A stretch of DNA of 61,041 nucleotides, the filler included. It is 6 parts of 6 records of this genome, joined end to end, with 100 filler letters (N's around TTAATTAATTAA, not from the genome) between each part and the next. Parts side by side here need not be neighbours in the genome. Positions count along the whole stretch, not along the records: positions 37,815 to 55,219 come from DRR723986_10789; 5 more parts are not named here. The stretch is one strand, 5' to 3'. The translations under genes and the position numbers were made by a program. Under the pieces are notes generated by a model that saw only the letters and a program-made list of their open reading frames with translations, made no database searches and was not told the origin of the DNA. Shown here piece by piece: positions 40,349 to 50,805 of the stretch. Position 1 is the stretch's first letter; every line of letters begins with the position of its first letter.

Positions 40349-41713
40349 ATGCCAAACAAAAATAATGTAATGACCGACAAGGCACAGCTTGTTGACTTTC
40401 TTGAAACAGGATCAAAGCCAGACCGGTCAACTTGGCGAATTGGGTCTGAGCATGAAAAATTTGTTTTTCACCGCGCTAATAACGGCCCCCTTTCATATAC
40501 GGGTGAAAATGGCAAAGCAGGCATACGCGATGTGCTTAATGCATTTGTCTCCAGAGACTGGGAACCCGTTATTGAAAATGGCCACCTGATTGCTGCGCTA
40601 AAAGATGGTGCTTCTGTAACGCTGGAACCTGGCGGGCAGTTTGAACTGTCTGGCGCGCCTTTGGAGACCATTCACCAAACCTGCAATGAAACATCGGCTC
40701 ATTTGAAAACTGCCAAAGAAATTGGCGAGGAACTTAACATCGGTTTTTTGGGCCTCGGCTTTCACCCCACGCTGAAACGCGAAGAAGTTCCGGTTATGCC
40801 CAAAGCACGCTACGAGATTATGCGGGCTTATATGCCAAAAGTGGGCACGATGGGCTTGGACATGATGCTGCGCACATGCACGGTGCAGGTAAACCTGGAC
40901 TTCGCCAGTGAACGCGACATGGTTGAAAAATTCCGCATCAGCCTTGCGCTTCAGCCCTTAGCGACCGCCCTATTTGCAAGTTCTCCCCTGCGGGAAGGTC
41001 GCCCGAACGGCATGAGAAGCCTTCGCAGCCATGTCTGGACCGATACGGACAATGATCGCTGCGGTATGTTGCCATTTGTGTTTGAGGACAGCATGGGGTT
41101 TGAGCGCTGGGTAGACCATGTGTTGGATGTACCGATGTATTTCGTGCGCCGAGGCGGCAAGTATATTGACGCCTCTGGCCAATCCTTCCGCGCTTTCATG
41201 AAAGGTGAACTGCCTGCTTTGCCCGGCGAACTCCCGACACTGGAAGATTGGCAAGACCATATGACAACACTGTTCCCGGAAGTGCGGTTGAAAACTTTCC
41301 TTGAAATGCGCGGCGCGGACGGTGGACCAACTTCTGCTTTGTGCGCGTTGCCCGCATTTTGGGTGGGGTTGCTGTATGATGAGAGTGCGCAATCAGATGC
41401 GCTTGAGCTGATCAAAAACTGGTCGCTGGCTGACATGGAATCCATGCGCGATAATGTGCCTAAAATGGGCCTTACAACTGAAATTCAGGGACTATCTTTT
41501 CAAGAATTGGCCAAAATAGTTCTAAAAATCGCTGATAAAGGTCTAAAAAACCGGGGCTGTATGTCCACCAGCGGCGAAACCGAGCAAGGTTTTCTCAATT
41601 CTTTATGGGAAAGTGCCGAAACAGGCCTAAGCCCAGCCGACCGAATTTTACAAGATTTCAACGGCAAATGGGGCGGCGACGCGACCCGGATATTTGACGA
41701 CTATAGTTACTAG
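40349..41713 (+). CDS. gshA: glutamate--cysteine ligase (plant/alphaproteobacterial type)
   Basis: RIGSEHEKF, TLEPGGQFELSGAP, MPKARY, TCTVQVNLDF, PEVRLKTFLEMRGADGG. Confidence 0.96.
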   Translation: MPNKNNVMTDKAQLVDFLETGSKPDRSTWRIGSEHEKFVFHRANNGPLSYTGENGKAGIRDVLNAFVSRDWEPVIENGHLIAALKDGASVTLEPGGQFELSGAPLETIHQTCNETSAHLKTAKEIGEELNIGFLGLGFHPTLKREEVPVMPKARYEIMRAYMPKVGTMGLDMMLRTCTVQVNLDFASERDMVEKFRISLALQPLATALFASSPLREGRPNGMRSLRSHVWTDTDNDRCGMLPFVFEDSMGFERWVDHVLDVPMYFVRRGGKYIDASGQSFRAFMKGELPALPGELPTLEDWQDHMTTLFPEVRLKTFLEMRGADGGPTSALCALPAFWVGLLYDESAQSDALELIKNWSLADMESMRDNVPKMGLTTEIQGLSFQELAKIVLKIADKGLKNRGCMSTSGETEQGFLNSLWESAETGLSPADRILQDFNGKWGGDATRIFDDYSY

Positions 41714-41902
41714 CTGTTCGCGCCCCTCGTGGCGAAAATAGCATCCCGATGGTAAAATTGGGATGAACCGCCCGACCGATGCGATGGGTGGAACTGACAA
41801 ATGTTATTCAATAACGTAATATTCCTCCATGATCTGGTGACCAACTGGTTTTCGATTACACGTTGGAACGCCAAACATTCAATTTGAGCGGGGAATGAAA
41901 TT

Positions 41903-42364
41903 ATGATCAATCTTACTATAAATGGCACAAGGCGTAGCTTTAACGGCGACGAGGAAATGCCTTTGCTATGGCATTTGCGTGAAGAGGCTGGACTAAAGGG
42001 CACAAAATTTGGTTGCGGCATTGGCCAGTGCGGCGCCTGTACTGTCCATGTTGACGGTGAAGCAATGCGGAGTTGCTCTGTACCAATGGCAAGCCTGAAC
42101 GGCGCAGCCATTACAACAATTGAAGGATTGGCAGACGGCGATGACCTGCATCCAGTTCAGGAAGCCTGGCTTGAGGAAGATGTGCCACAATGTGGCTACT
42201 GTCAGGCGGGCCAAATCATGGCAACTGTTGCTTTTCTGAAGGACACACCAAACCCTACCGACGATGACATTAATAATGGCATCACGAATATATGTCGGTG
42301 CGGCACCTATTACCGAATTAGGAAAGCCATTAAGCGCGCTGCTGAAAATATGCAAAGCGCCTGA
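41903..42364 (+). CDS. iorA: (2Fe-2S) subunit of an isoquinoline 1-oxidoreductase-type molybdoenzyme
   Basis: GTKFGCGIGQCGACTV, QCGYCQAGQ, NICRCGTY. Confidence 0.88.
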   Translation: MINLTINGTRRSFNGDEEMPLLWHLREEAGLKGTKFGCGIGQCGACTVHVDGEAMRSCSVPMASLNGAAITTIEGLADGDDLHPVQEAWLEEDVPQCGYCQAGQIMATVAFLKDTPNPTDDDINNGITNICRCGTYYRIRKAIKRAAENMQSA

Positions 42365-42405
42365 GCACTCACCTAACATTTATACAGTTTTACTAGGGGT
42401 CTGAC

Positions 42406-44592
42406 GTGACAGAACTTTCCCGCCGCAATTTCATTAAATCAAGCGCGGCATTTGCCGGCTTTACTGTTGCAGTTTCCAACACACCTGCATTACTGGCCGC
42501 TAAACCAACAACTCACACCAGCATTGGCGCCTGTATGCGGTTCGGCGAAGACGGAACCCCGGTTTTATGCGTGCCAACCCCTGATATGGGCCAAGGCATG
42601 ATGACAACAGCCGCCCAGATCATCGCCGAAGAACTTGACCTTGACCTTAGTGCAATCAGTGTTGAGTTCTTGCCATTCATTGGCGTAATTAACGATGACG
42701 GCATTGCCCAAGACGGAGACTTGATCCAAGGGGCTGGCGGTAGTCAATCAACAATGAATCTTTGGCCTGCCCTTAGAAAAACAAGTGCTTTTGCACGCGC
42801 CCTATTCGTGGAAGCGGCGGCTTTAAAATGGAAAGTACCCGCAAATCAATTGGCAACATCTGGCGGCTATGTCGTTAACAGCAAAAACAGCGCAAGGCTC
42901 AGCTACGGTGAACTTAGTACGGCGGTTCAGTCTGTTGCACTTGACAAGCAATCGGCAAAACCGAAACCTATCAAAGATTTTAAGGTTGTCGGTAAAGACG
43001 CTAAAAATGTCGCGGCCTTAGATATCGTTACAGGCAAGCCGGTTTTCGCGTCCGACGTTGATGTTCCCGGCATGCTTCATGCCGCCATACGTCGCTGCCC
43101 ACATCTAAACGGTACAATTGTCTCATACAACAGTGCAGAGATTGAGGCGATGCCCGGCGTTCGTGCCGTCGTCAAAATGGATCAAGTTCTGGAAGGTCAA
43201 CCAGCGTTCCGAGTGATCGCAAACGGCGTTGCTGTCGTAGCAGACACCTATTGGCAGGCGCGAAAAGCTGCCGACGCACTCAAAATTGAATGGGACGGCG
43301 CCATCTCTGAAGATGACAGCACGAACGTCATTCTTGAGAAGTGCAACAACTTACTACAGGACGGCAAACTCAAACAGGTTCAAAAACGAGGTGATGTCAA
43401 TTCTGCTTTTGAAAGCGCCGAAAAAACCATTGATGTAACTTATATTCACCCTTCATGGGCTCACACCTGTATCGAACCGCACAACTGTATTGCCGATGTT
43501 AAAGCTGACAGCGCAGAAATATGGGTCGGACATCAAAACATGGCAGGCCCAGCAAATATTGCCAAGAAATTCGCGGGCATTGATGCCGCCAATGTCACCG
43601 GACATTTTTACCGTTTGGGAACAGGGTTCGGCCGGAAGTATGTCGAGGATTTTGTTGCCGAAGCCGTCATACTATCCAAACGGATGAAAGCGCCAGTAAA
43701 AGTAACCTGGTCTCGCGAAGACGAAATGGAACAGGATTACCCCAACCATATGGGCGCCTACCGCGTGCGTGCTGCAATCGATAAAAGCGGACGCTTGTCA
43801 GGTTGGCATATAAAAACCGCACTGGATACAGGACGCGATTGGGTTGCGCGTGACTTTCCTGCAAACACACTGAAAAACACGTTAGGCAAGGTCGCCGTAG
43901 TAGCTAACAACATAAGTCGCGGGGCATGGCGCGGGCCGTCTCACAACAGTGGCGCGTGGGTGGTACAAAGCGCGCTGAATGAAGCTGCCCATGCTGCAGG
44001 CCGCGATCCACTTGAGTTCCTGATTGAACTATACAATGAAACCGGAACAGCAAAAACGCCGGATTGGCCGAATAACGATGTCGACTTTCGGCGGCACGCT
44101 GCCCTTCTAAAAAAGGTTGCGGAAGAATCTGACTACGGCAAAAAAATGCCAGCGGGATGGGGGCAAGGTATTGCCGTGCACCACACCTTCGTAAGCGCCT
44201 GCGCGCATGTAGTTGATTTAGAAATGATCGGCGACAATGATTACCGCGTGCACAAAGTGACATCTGCTATTGATTGCGGCCTTGTTGTTAACCCGCTTGG
44301 AGTTAGAGCACAGGTTGAAAGCGGTATAATGGACGGTCTTTGCACTGCCAAATACGGGAATTTTATTTTCGAAAACGGTGTGCCTGTCACCAATAATTTC
44401 GATAGCTACCAAAAAATGCGGATCAATGAAGCACCTGCGGTCGTTGACGTTCATATCATGGATTTCGGCGACACAGACCCGCGCGGCACCGGCGAAGTTT
44501 CGTTACCGCCGCTAATTCCTGCCCTTACAAATGCAATTTTTGCCGCCAGTGGTAAAAGAATTCGTAAACTGCCCATTAGCGAAAATCTATAG
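42406..44592 (+). CDS. iorB: xanthine dehydrogenase family molybdopterin-binding subunit (IorB-like), Tat-exported
   Basis: SRRNFIK Tat motif, DMGQG, GGSQS, GTGFGRK, WSREDE, GAWRGP, DCGLVVNP, GTGEVSLPP. Confidence 0.88.
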   Translation: MTELSRRNFIKSSAAFAGFTVAVSNTPALLAAKPTTHTSIGACMRFGEDGTPVLCVPTPDMGQGMMTTAAQIIAEELDLDLSAISVEFLPFIGVINDDGIAQDGDLIQGAGGSQSTMNLWPALRKTSAFARALFVEAAALKWKVPANQLATSGGYVVNSKNSARLSYGELSTAVQSVALDKQSAKPKPIKDFKVVGKDAKNVAALDIVTGKPVFASDVDVPGMLHAAIRRCPHLNGTIVSYNSAEIEAMPGVRAVVKMDQVLEGQPAFRVIANGVAVVADTYWQARKAADALKIEWDGAISEDDSTNVILEKCNNLLQDGKLKQVQKRGDVNSAFESAEKTIDVTYIHPSWAHTCIEPHNCIADVKADSAEIWVGHQNMAGPANIAKKFAGIDAANVTGHFYRLGTGFGRKYVEDFVAEAVILSKRMKAPVKVTWSREDEMEQDYPNHMGAYRVRAAIDKSGRLSGWHIKTALDTGRDWVARDFPANTLKNTLGKVAVVANNISRGAWRGPSHNSGAWVVQSALNEAAHAAGRDPLEFLIELYNETGTAKTPDWPNNDVDFRRHAALLKKVAEESDYGKKMPAGWGQGIAVHHTFVSACAHVVDLEMIGDNDYRVHKVTSAIDCGLVVNPLGVRAQVESGIMDGLCTAKYGNFIFENGVPVTNNFDSYQKMRINEAPAVVDVHIMDFGDTDPRGTGEVSLPPLIPALTNAIFAASGKRIRKLPISENL

Positions 44593-45099
44593 ATATGACA
44601 ACCAGTTGATGAGCCAAATAAGCCCAAATACCAGAGTGCCCATGAAGGCGCTCCATGCAAAGGCGATTGGCATAGAGGCAAAGCGTGAGCGGCTGGTGTT
44701 ATAATAATTGTCGCATTCCAAACAATGAAACCAGCCGTCCCCTGGACCGGCTTTTCTGCCAATAAGTGGAACAAGCGTTGGTACATCGCCGACAAAGGGC
44801 CTTACCCGGCTTGACCCGCAATGGCTGCAACTGATTTCATCGCCGTCCGCATCAAACTTGCGGGGCGGGCGCGGAAATGTCTCAATTTTTGACAAAGCCT
44901 GCTCAGCGGCAGCCCAGTCTTTGGCGCGGACAAAAAGATCTGTGTGATCGACAAAGTTCAGAGAACCGGTATTCTCATTGGCGAGAAAAGCCGAAATTCC
45001 CTGCCCCTCCAAATTAAGCTTCAGCATATTCGCCTGATGGCCATCAAGATCAGAGCGTATTACAACAAGCTTATCCAGCCCTTGAGGATCAACAGCCAC
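44587..45099 (-). CDS. DUF2007-like domain plus zinc-ribbon plus C-terminal TM protein
   Basis: ANMLKLNLEGQGISAFLANE...LFV...D...A N-terminal domain, CSHC...CLEC, hydrophobic C-terminus. Confidence 0.7.
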   Translation of the reverse strand: MAVDPQGLDKLVVIRSDLDGHQANMLKLNLEGQGISAFLANENTGSLNFVDHTDLFVRAKDWAAAEQALSKIETFPRPPRKFDADGDEISCSHCGSSRVRPFVGDVPTLVPLIGRKAGPGDGWFHCLECDNYYNTSRSRFASMPIAFAWSAFMGTLVFGLIWLINWLSYL

Positions 45100-45104
45100 A
45101 ACAG

Positions 45105-45647
45105 TTAATCATTTAATCCTGTGTCAAAGCCATCAATGGAAACGCGGTTATTATCTTGCTGGTATTGCTTAACTTTTTCTTCGCCCTTGTTGGCTGCCCA
45201 CTTTTTCAGGGTATCGCGATCAACCATATTTTCCGCGAGTGGAACGCCGTATCCACAGCTGCTTTGCGTACTCTCCACATCAATAAGAATGATTTGCCGC
45301 GAAATTGCGTCCTGCGGAAAATGTGCGATATATTCGGCATAATCTTTATGCTGTGGGCGCAGAAAACGACCTGTTCCATATATCCGGTAAATTAACGGAT
45401 TACGGGTAAAACTATTGAACATGATAGTCACCCGACCATCATTTTTTATATGTGCAGCTGTTTCATTACCGCTACCGCCAAAATCTAGATACCCCACTAA
45501 CTTGGGTGAAAACACGCGGAAACTATCATTTCCCTTTGGACTTAGATTTATTCGACCCGTCGCGCAGGCGCTAGCGGTAAAAAACATTGGTTGTTCAGCG
45601 ATAAACTGTGCGTGCTTATCACTAATATGATCCATGAAATCTGCCAT
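45105..45647 (-). CDS. pyridoxamine 5'-phosphate oxidase family (FMN split-barrel) protein
   Basis: FIAEQPMFF, NLSPKG, GSGNETAAH, RVTIMF, SCGYGVP, SIDG. Confidence 0.88.
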   Translation of the reverse strand: MADFMDHISDKHAQFIAEQPMFFTASACATGRINLSPKGNDSFRVFSPKLVGYLDFGGSGNETAAHIKNDGRVTIMFNSFTRNPLIYRIYGTGRFLRPQHKDYAEYIAHFPQDAISRQIILIDVESTQSSCGYGVPLAENMVDRDTLKKWAANKGEEKVKQYQQDNNRVSIDGFDTGLND

Positions 45648-45754
45648 CAGCTATCTCCCTCATACGCTTTCGCTAATGATGGCATATGGCCGCGCTGCGG
45701 TCACCTACCAAAACTAAGCCATGTTAAAAAACATGATGAATTAAAGGGCTGGGC

Positions 45755-46177
45755 CTATGCACCCCAATATTGCAAAGCCAGAACAGCAAACAACACGATT
45801 AAAACAATTGAACTGATCAAGAAAACTAAAAACCGGTGCATAACCGTATTGTAGGTGATGTGAATGGCTGTATGCACCACGCGCAGCCCAACATAAGCCC
45901 AAGCCAGCATCAAAGCTGTTTCACTTACCAAGCCAGCAATAATTGCGCCCAAACACATAACGTAAAACAGGACGGGTGCTTCAAATTGATGGTTATAGTT
46001 TTCGGCAGCAAACCGTGCGGGCGCTGGCAGCGACTGCAAAGATTTTTTGTCTTGCATAACCTCATTAGTTGGCTTTGCGGCCATCATTGCTGGCACGCGG
46101 CGTGTATATAAAACAAGCAGCGTAAACAATGTTAATCCAACTTGTGCCAGCACTGGGCCCATCATTGCGTTTGACAT
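45755..46177 (-). CDS. MAPEG family membrane protein
   Basis: NYNHQFEAPVLFY, AWAYVGLRVVHTAIH, four TM helices. Confidence 0.85.
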   Translation of the reverse strand: MSNAMMGPVLAQVGLTLFTLLVLYTRRVPAMMAAKPTNEVMQDKKSLQSLPAPARFAAENYNHQFEAPVLFYVMCLGAIIAGLVSETALMLAWAYVGLRVVHTAIHITYNTVMHRFLVFLISSIVLIVLFAVLALQYWGA

Positions 46178-46329
46178 AATATGGTTCCTAATTTTGATAA
46201 TTTGTAAACGACGGTTGCAGAATGCTCCGAACGGACGCCACTTTCCAACAATAATATTGTATGGCATCAATACATTTTTCACCAAAACACCTTCTCCAGC
46301 CGCCTAATAGCTCAATGGAAAGCAATAAA

Positions 46330-46824
46330 ATGATCATTCGGCCCTACACCTCTGACGATTGGCACGCTGTTGAGCGCATATACCGAGAAGGTATCGCAAC
46401 AGGTTTGGCAACCTTTGAAACCACGCCCAAACCTCAAGAAATTTGGGAAAGTGACAGCATACCGGGCTCGGCCATCATTGCAAAAGACCCAACTAGTAAA
46501 GCCACACTTGGTTGGGCGACACTTTGGCCAACTTCAACCCGCGCAGCCTATGCTGGCGTTTGCGAAGTTAGCCTATATGTCAGTGCTTCGGCCCGCGGCC
46601 AAGGTGCAGGTAAAACATTGCTAAAAGCACTGGTTGACCTTTCAGAAGAGCTAGGTATCTGGACCTTGCAAGCCAGCATATTTGAAGAAAATGATTTATC
46701 CGTTTCCTTGCATAAAAAGTGCGGCTTCAAAATTGTGGGCACGCGCGAAAAAATCGGCGCGCTTTATGGCGATTGGAAAAACATCATCTTGATGGAACGC
46801 CGTAGTAATCTGGTTGGCACATAA
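46330..46824 (+). CDS. GNAT N-acetyltransferase (phosphinothricin/YncA-like)
   Basis: IYREGIATGLATFE, EVSLYV...ARGQGAG, SLHKKCGF..VG.REKIG. Confidence 0.9.
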   Translation: MIIRPYTSDDWHAVERIYREGIATGLATFETTPKPQEIWESDSIPGSAIIAKDPTSKATLGWATLWPTSTRAAYAGVCEVSLYVSASARGQGAGKTLLKALVDLSEELGIWTLQASIFEENDLSVSLHKKCGFKIVGTREKIGALYGDWKNIILMERRSNLVGT

Positions 46825-46907
46825 GGGACTGCAAAAAATATAATTGCGTTCTCTTTTTGTTCTTGATAGTGTTAATAGCCTACTATCCTACACTGGGACA
46901 CAATACC

Positions 46908-47876
46908 ATGCGCCTCATAACCGCAATTTTCCTGTGTTTTCTGCTTATCTTTCCCGCCTTTGCCGACGATACCTCTAAGCCGTTTGACGAAATGACCATT
47001 GCTGAGCTTAAAACAGTTGATATCAAGGCATTATCGAAAGTTGATCGCAAGCTTCACAAAGACGCTATGCGCGTAGCAAAGAAAGCGGAGAAGGCAAGGA
47101 AAAAGGAAGAGAAAAAGCGCATAGCTGCTGAAAAGAAAGCAGAAAAAGCCCGTATCAAAGCCGAGAAAAAACGCGCTCGAGCGGAAGCAAAACGTTTAAA
47201 AGCCGAGGCTAAAGCCTTGGCAAAAAGGAATAAAAAAACACTCAAGCGGCTTGCGGTGATAGAAGAAATATATCAAAAAACCAGCGGCACAGAAGATGAC
47301 TTTGAAGGCTATATCAGTTTTATTTCACCCCGATACCCTAAGCCATTCTTAAATATTTTTGATAGCCGAGAAACGAGAGATTATCGAATGAGAGCCTTTT
47401 TTTATCCAAACAAAGGGCAGCTAAATATTCAAGTCCGCGTTTCAGAAACGATTATTACCGATAAAATCAATTCGGAAACAGTTTCCTCTTTAGACAGTTC
47501 ACCTGAGAATTATGCGACACGCCACGGCATTTGGGAGAATTACTCTCGTGCAACCGCCAGGGGCGGCACACAACTAGACTTGGTAAAACTGTCACGCTAT
47601 TGGGATAGTTGCGAATTTTCTCAGTGTAGATTTCGCGAGGATGTTGGTATCAAGTTAAACTATCAACTACTGGAAAATTCAATTCGCAACCTTAATAATT
47701 TAGAAGTCAAAATATCAGGTAGAAGATATTATTATATTGCGAGCATTCCACCAGAATTTATTGCCGGCTTTCTGAAGAAAATGTCGGAATTTGTTGATGC
47801 TAATGGAAAATATGCAGCTTTAGCTCTCGCTATAGAAAACGGCTTAAAAAATCAGTTAGCTACAGCACCACAATAA
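46908..47876 (+). CDS. hypothetical secreted protein with Lys/Ala/Glu coiled coil
   Basis: Signal peptide ending AFA, long KAEK-rich helix, globular C-terminal domain. No family recognised. Confidence 0.7.
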   Translation: MRLITAIFLCFLLIFPAFADDTSKPFDEMTIAELKTVDIKALSKVDRKLHKDAMRVAKKAEKARKKEEKKRIAAEKKAEKARIKAEKKRARAEAKRLKAEAKALAKRNKKTLKRLAVIEEIYQKTSGTEDDFEGYISFISPRYPKPFLNIFDSRETRDYRMRAFFYPNKGQLNIQVRVSETIITDKINSETVSSLDSSPENYATRHGIWENYSRATARGGTQLDLVKLSRYWDSCEFSQCRFREDVGIKLNYQLLENSIRNLNNLEVKISGRRYYYIASIPPEFIAGFLKKMSEFVDANGKYAALALAIENGLKNQLATAPQ

Positions 47877-47959
47877 CAGCTCGAAGTCTTGTTAGACTAG
47901 ATTTGGCAACAGCTATAGTTGAAGGCAGGTCCCTATCACTGCCAATTCTTGCAGTTTTC

Positions 47960-48322
47960 TTATATATCTAACCCCAACTCAGCGCGTTTGGCTTTGGTTA
48001 GCTTACCGGCAATAATTGTGTGTGCTTCTTCTATATAGCTTTTGATATCATCGTCTGAAAGCGTTTCATTGGATTGCACCTGCACCCATTTACCGCGGGC
48101 AAGATAGGGTGCCGGGATAACACCGGGCAGTTCACACAACACCTGAAAGCTCATGTCTGCACATTTGAAGCTTATCTTTTCGTCTTGCCCCTCGCCCCAA
48201 ATGGAACATATGGCAAATATTTTACCGCCTACTTTCCACACGGAAGAGCCACCCCACTGCACGACATTGGTGGTGGCCTTAAGGCTAGCGCAATAGTCGT
48301 TAAATGCATCGCGGTTCATCAT
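47960..48322 (-). CDS. MmcQ/YjbR family DNA-binding protein
   Basis: QWGGSSVWKVGGKIFA, FKC, PAPYLAR..WV, KLTKAKRAELG. Confidence 0.9.
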   Translation of the reverse strand: MMNRDAFNDYCASLKATTNVVQWGGSSVWKVGGKIFAICSIWGEGQDEKISFKCADMSFQVLCELPGVIPAPYLARGKWVQVQSNETLSDDDIKSYIEEAHTIIAGKLTKAKRAELGLDI

Positions 48323-48325
48323 GGC

Positions 48326-50485
48326 TTAAAACCCTTTCCGGTGCGCTTTTGCCTTGCTGGTGCGGGTACCCGGTTTGCCGCCAGTGGCACGGCCCTTTGG
48401 TTTACCGTGGCTAAGGCCAAGACCCAGTTCTCCTGCTTCCAAGCGCCGAATTTCATCGCGCAGCCTTGCAGCCTCTTCAAATTCCAAATTCTCGGCTGCG
48501 GTTTGCATTTTGCTGTTCAGCTCTGACAAATGTGCCTTCAGGTTGGAGCCAACGCGGTGCTGGGCATCTTCACCAATATCAACCGTGACATGATCTCCTG
48601 ACGCAACATGGCTCATCACATCGCCAACGTTTTTCGAAATGGTAGTTGGTTGGATGTTGTGCTTCAGGTTGTAAGCTTCCTGCTTTTCACGGCGGCGGTT
48701 GGTTTCACTAATGGCACGGTCCATAGAACCGGTTATCCGGTCAGCATACAGGATAACCCTACCCTCAACATTGCGTGCAGCGCGGCCAATGGTTTGCACC
48801 AAAGACCGTTCCGATCGCAAAAACCCTTCTTTATCAGCGTCCAATATCGCCACCAATCCACATTCGGGAATATCAAGCCCTTCCCGCAGCAGGTTAATGC
48901 CCACCAGCACATCAAACGACCCAAGTCTGAGGTCTCGGATAATCTCAATACGTTCCAGCGTATCAATGTCCGAGTGCATATACCGCACGCGAATACCGTT
49001 CTCATGCAAATATTCGGTTAGGTCTTCGGCCATGCGTTTGGTGAGCGTGGTGCATAGAACACGCAAACCCTTTGCCGCCATGTTGCGCGCTTCATGCATC
49101 AAATCGTCAACCTGGCTTTCAACCGGGCGGATTTCAATTTCCGGGTCAGTAAGGCCGGTAGGCCGGATAACCTGCTCTGCAAACACGCCACCGGTTTGTT
49201 CCATTTCGAAATCACCGGGAGTAGCAGACACATATACGGTTTGAGGCCGCATGCTGTTCCACTCTTCAAATTTAAGAGGGCGGTTATCAATACAGCTTGG
49301 CAGTCGAAAGCCAAAATCTGCCAGTGTCGATTTGCGCTTAAAGTCTCCGCGGCTCATACCGCTAACCTGGTTAACGCTAACATGGCTTTCATCAACAAAT
49401 AAGAGCGCATTTTCAGGGATATATTCGAACAGTGTTGGCGGGGGCTCGCCGGGGTTGCGCCCCGTCAGATAGCGAGAGTAATTCTCGATGCCGGCACAAC
49501 TGCCGGTGGCTTCCATCATTTCCAGATCAAAGGTTGTGCGCTGCTCAATCCGCTGCAACTCCAGCAAGCGGTTTGCTTTCTCATACTCTTTAATGCGCCC
49601 ATTCAATTCGTGCTTAATTTTCTTCACTGCCTGATCAAGCGTTGGACGCGGCGTTACATAGTGGCTATTGGCATATATCTTTATCGACTCAAGCGTTTGA
49701 ATTTTCTCCCCAGTTAAGGGGTCAAATTCGACAATTTCTTCAATTTCATCACCGAACATCATTAGGCGCCACGCCCGGTCTTCCAAATGACTAGGAAATA
49801 TATCAACAACGTCACCGCGCACACGGAAGGTGCCGCGCTGAAACGCAGCATCATTTCTGGTGTATTGCATTGTCACCAAACGGCGCAGCAGGTCACGGTT
49901 ATCAACTTCTTCACCTACTTTCAGACCAAAGGTCATTGCGGTGTAGGTTTCAACACTTCCGATACCGTATATGCAGGAAACAGACGCCACGATAATAACG
50001 TCGTCGCGCTCCAGAATTGCCCGCGTCGCTGAGTGGCGCATACGATCAATCTGTTCGTTGATCGAGGCCTCTTTTTCAACAAACGTATCTGTACGCGGCA
50101 CATAAGCCTCAGGCTGATAGTAATCATAGTATGAAACAAAATATTCTACCGAATTGTTAGGGAAAAACGCTTTAAACTCACCGTATAATTGAGCAGCAAG
50201 GGTTTTATTCGGCGCCATAATTAATGCCGGGCGCTGTGTCGCCTCAATAATTTTGGCCATAGTAAAAGTTTTGCCGGAACCCGTTACGCCGAGCAAAACC
50301 TGGTCTTGTTCCTGGCCGTTTATGCCCTCAACAAGTTCAGCAATGGCAGTTGGCTGGTCGCCAGACGGCTTAAAATCAGACACCACCTCAAACGGCACAC
50401 CGCCTTCAGACTTTTCCGGACGGGACGGCCTGTGTGGCACAAAAGGGCTGGCAACTACATTGCTGGGCTGTTCAGATTTTTTCAT
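48326..50485 (-). CDS. uvrB: excinuclease ABC subunit B
   Basis: [31 protein letters not shown]-terminal UVR domain [11 protein letters not shown]. Confidence 0.98.
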   Translation of the reverse strand: MKKSEQPSNVVASPFVPHRPSRPEKSEGGVPFEVVSDFKPSGDQPTAIAELVEGINGQEQDQVLLGVTGSGKTFTMAKIIEATQRPALIMAPNKTLAAQLYGEFKAFFPNNSVEYFVSYYDYYQPEAYVPRTDTFVEKEASINEQIDRMRHSATRAILERDDVIIVASVSCIYGIGSVETYTAMTFGLKVGEEVDNRDLLRRLVTMQYTRNDAAFQRGTFRVRGDVVDIFPSHLEDRAWRLMMFGDEIEEIVEFDPLTGEKIQTLESIKIYANSHYVTPRPTLDQAVKKIKHELNGRIKEYEKANRLLELQRIEQRTTFDLEMMEATGSCAGIENYSRYLTGRNPGEPPPTLFEYIPENALLFVDESHVSVNQVSGMSRGDFKRKSTLADFGFRLPSCIDNRPLKFEEWNSMRPQTVYVSATPGDFEMEQTGGVFAEQVIRPTGLTDPEIEIRPVESQVDDLMHEARNMAAKGLRVLCTTLTKRMAEDLTEYLHENGIRVRYMHSDIDTLERIEIIRDLRLGSFDVLVGINLLREGLDIPECGLVAILDADKEGFLRSERSLVQTIGRAARNVEGRVILYADRITGSMDRAISETNRRREKQEAYNLKHNIQPTTISKNVGDVMSHVASGDHVTVDIGEDAQHRVGSNLKAHLSELNSKMQTAAENLEFEEAARLRDEIRRLEAGELGLGLSHGKPKGRATGGKPGTRTSKAKAHRKGF

Positions 50486-50523
50486 TTTTAAACTTCGCTG
50501 CAAACGGACAGGCCACTATAAAT

Positions 50524-50538
50524 GTTCATGGTTTGTTT
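50524..50538. promoter_or_regulatory. alphaproteobacterial LexA (SOS) box upstream of uvrB
   Basis: GTTC-ATGGTTT-GTTT, one mismatch to GTTC-N7-GTTC, about 40 nt before the uvrB ATG. Confidence 0.6.
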
Positions 50539-50734
50539 TCAAGCGACAATTGCTGTCTGACGCAAGACTGCAAGCATCTGTTACGCCGCTCTAGTTCATA
50601 CTAGATCATGATATATGCATAAATAATAATCAGTGATTATATTTTAATCTATAATAGTGCAGCTTTATTGACCAAATTTTACCAAAAAATAATTTTATAT
50701 ATAATTATCAGCATCTTACGTGTCATCGCGAATC

Positions 50735-50750
50735 TGGCATACACTTTGCT
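50735..50750 (+). promoter_or_regulatory. sigma54 (-24/-12) promoter of the TorF-like gene
   Basis: TGGCATACACTTTGCT has correct GG-N10-GC spacing, with a long AT-rich upstream region. Confidence 0.75.
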
Positions 50751-50805
50751 AATTAAGTAGCTGTAAATTTATTCATTCGAAAAAACCATTTCTCCGGAGC
50801 CGTTC

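Noticed and set aside
41714..41902. Moco riboswitch upstream of iorAB
   Set aside because: I could not match its conserved elements by eye. Reported only as unexplained hairpins.
14181..50485. uvrA and uvrB in the same window
   Set aside because: They are on different contigs from different classes of Proteobacteria.
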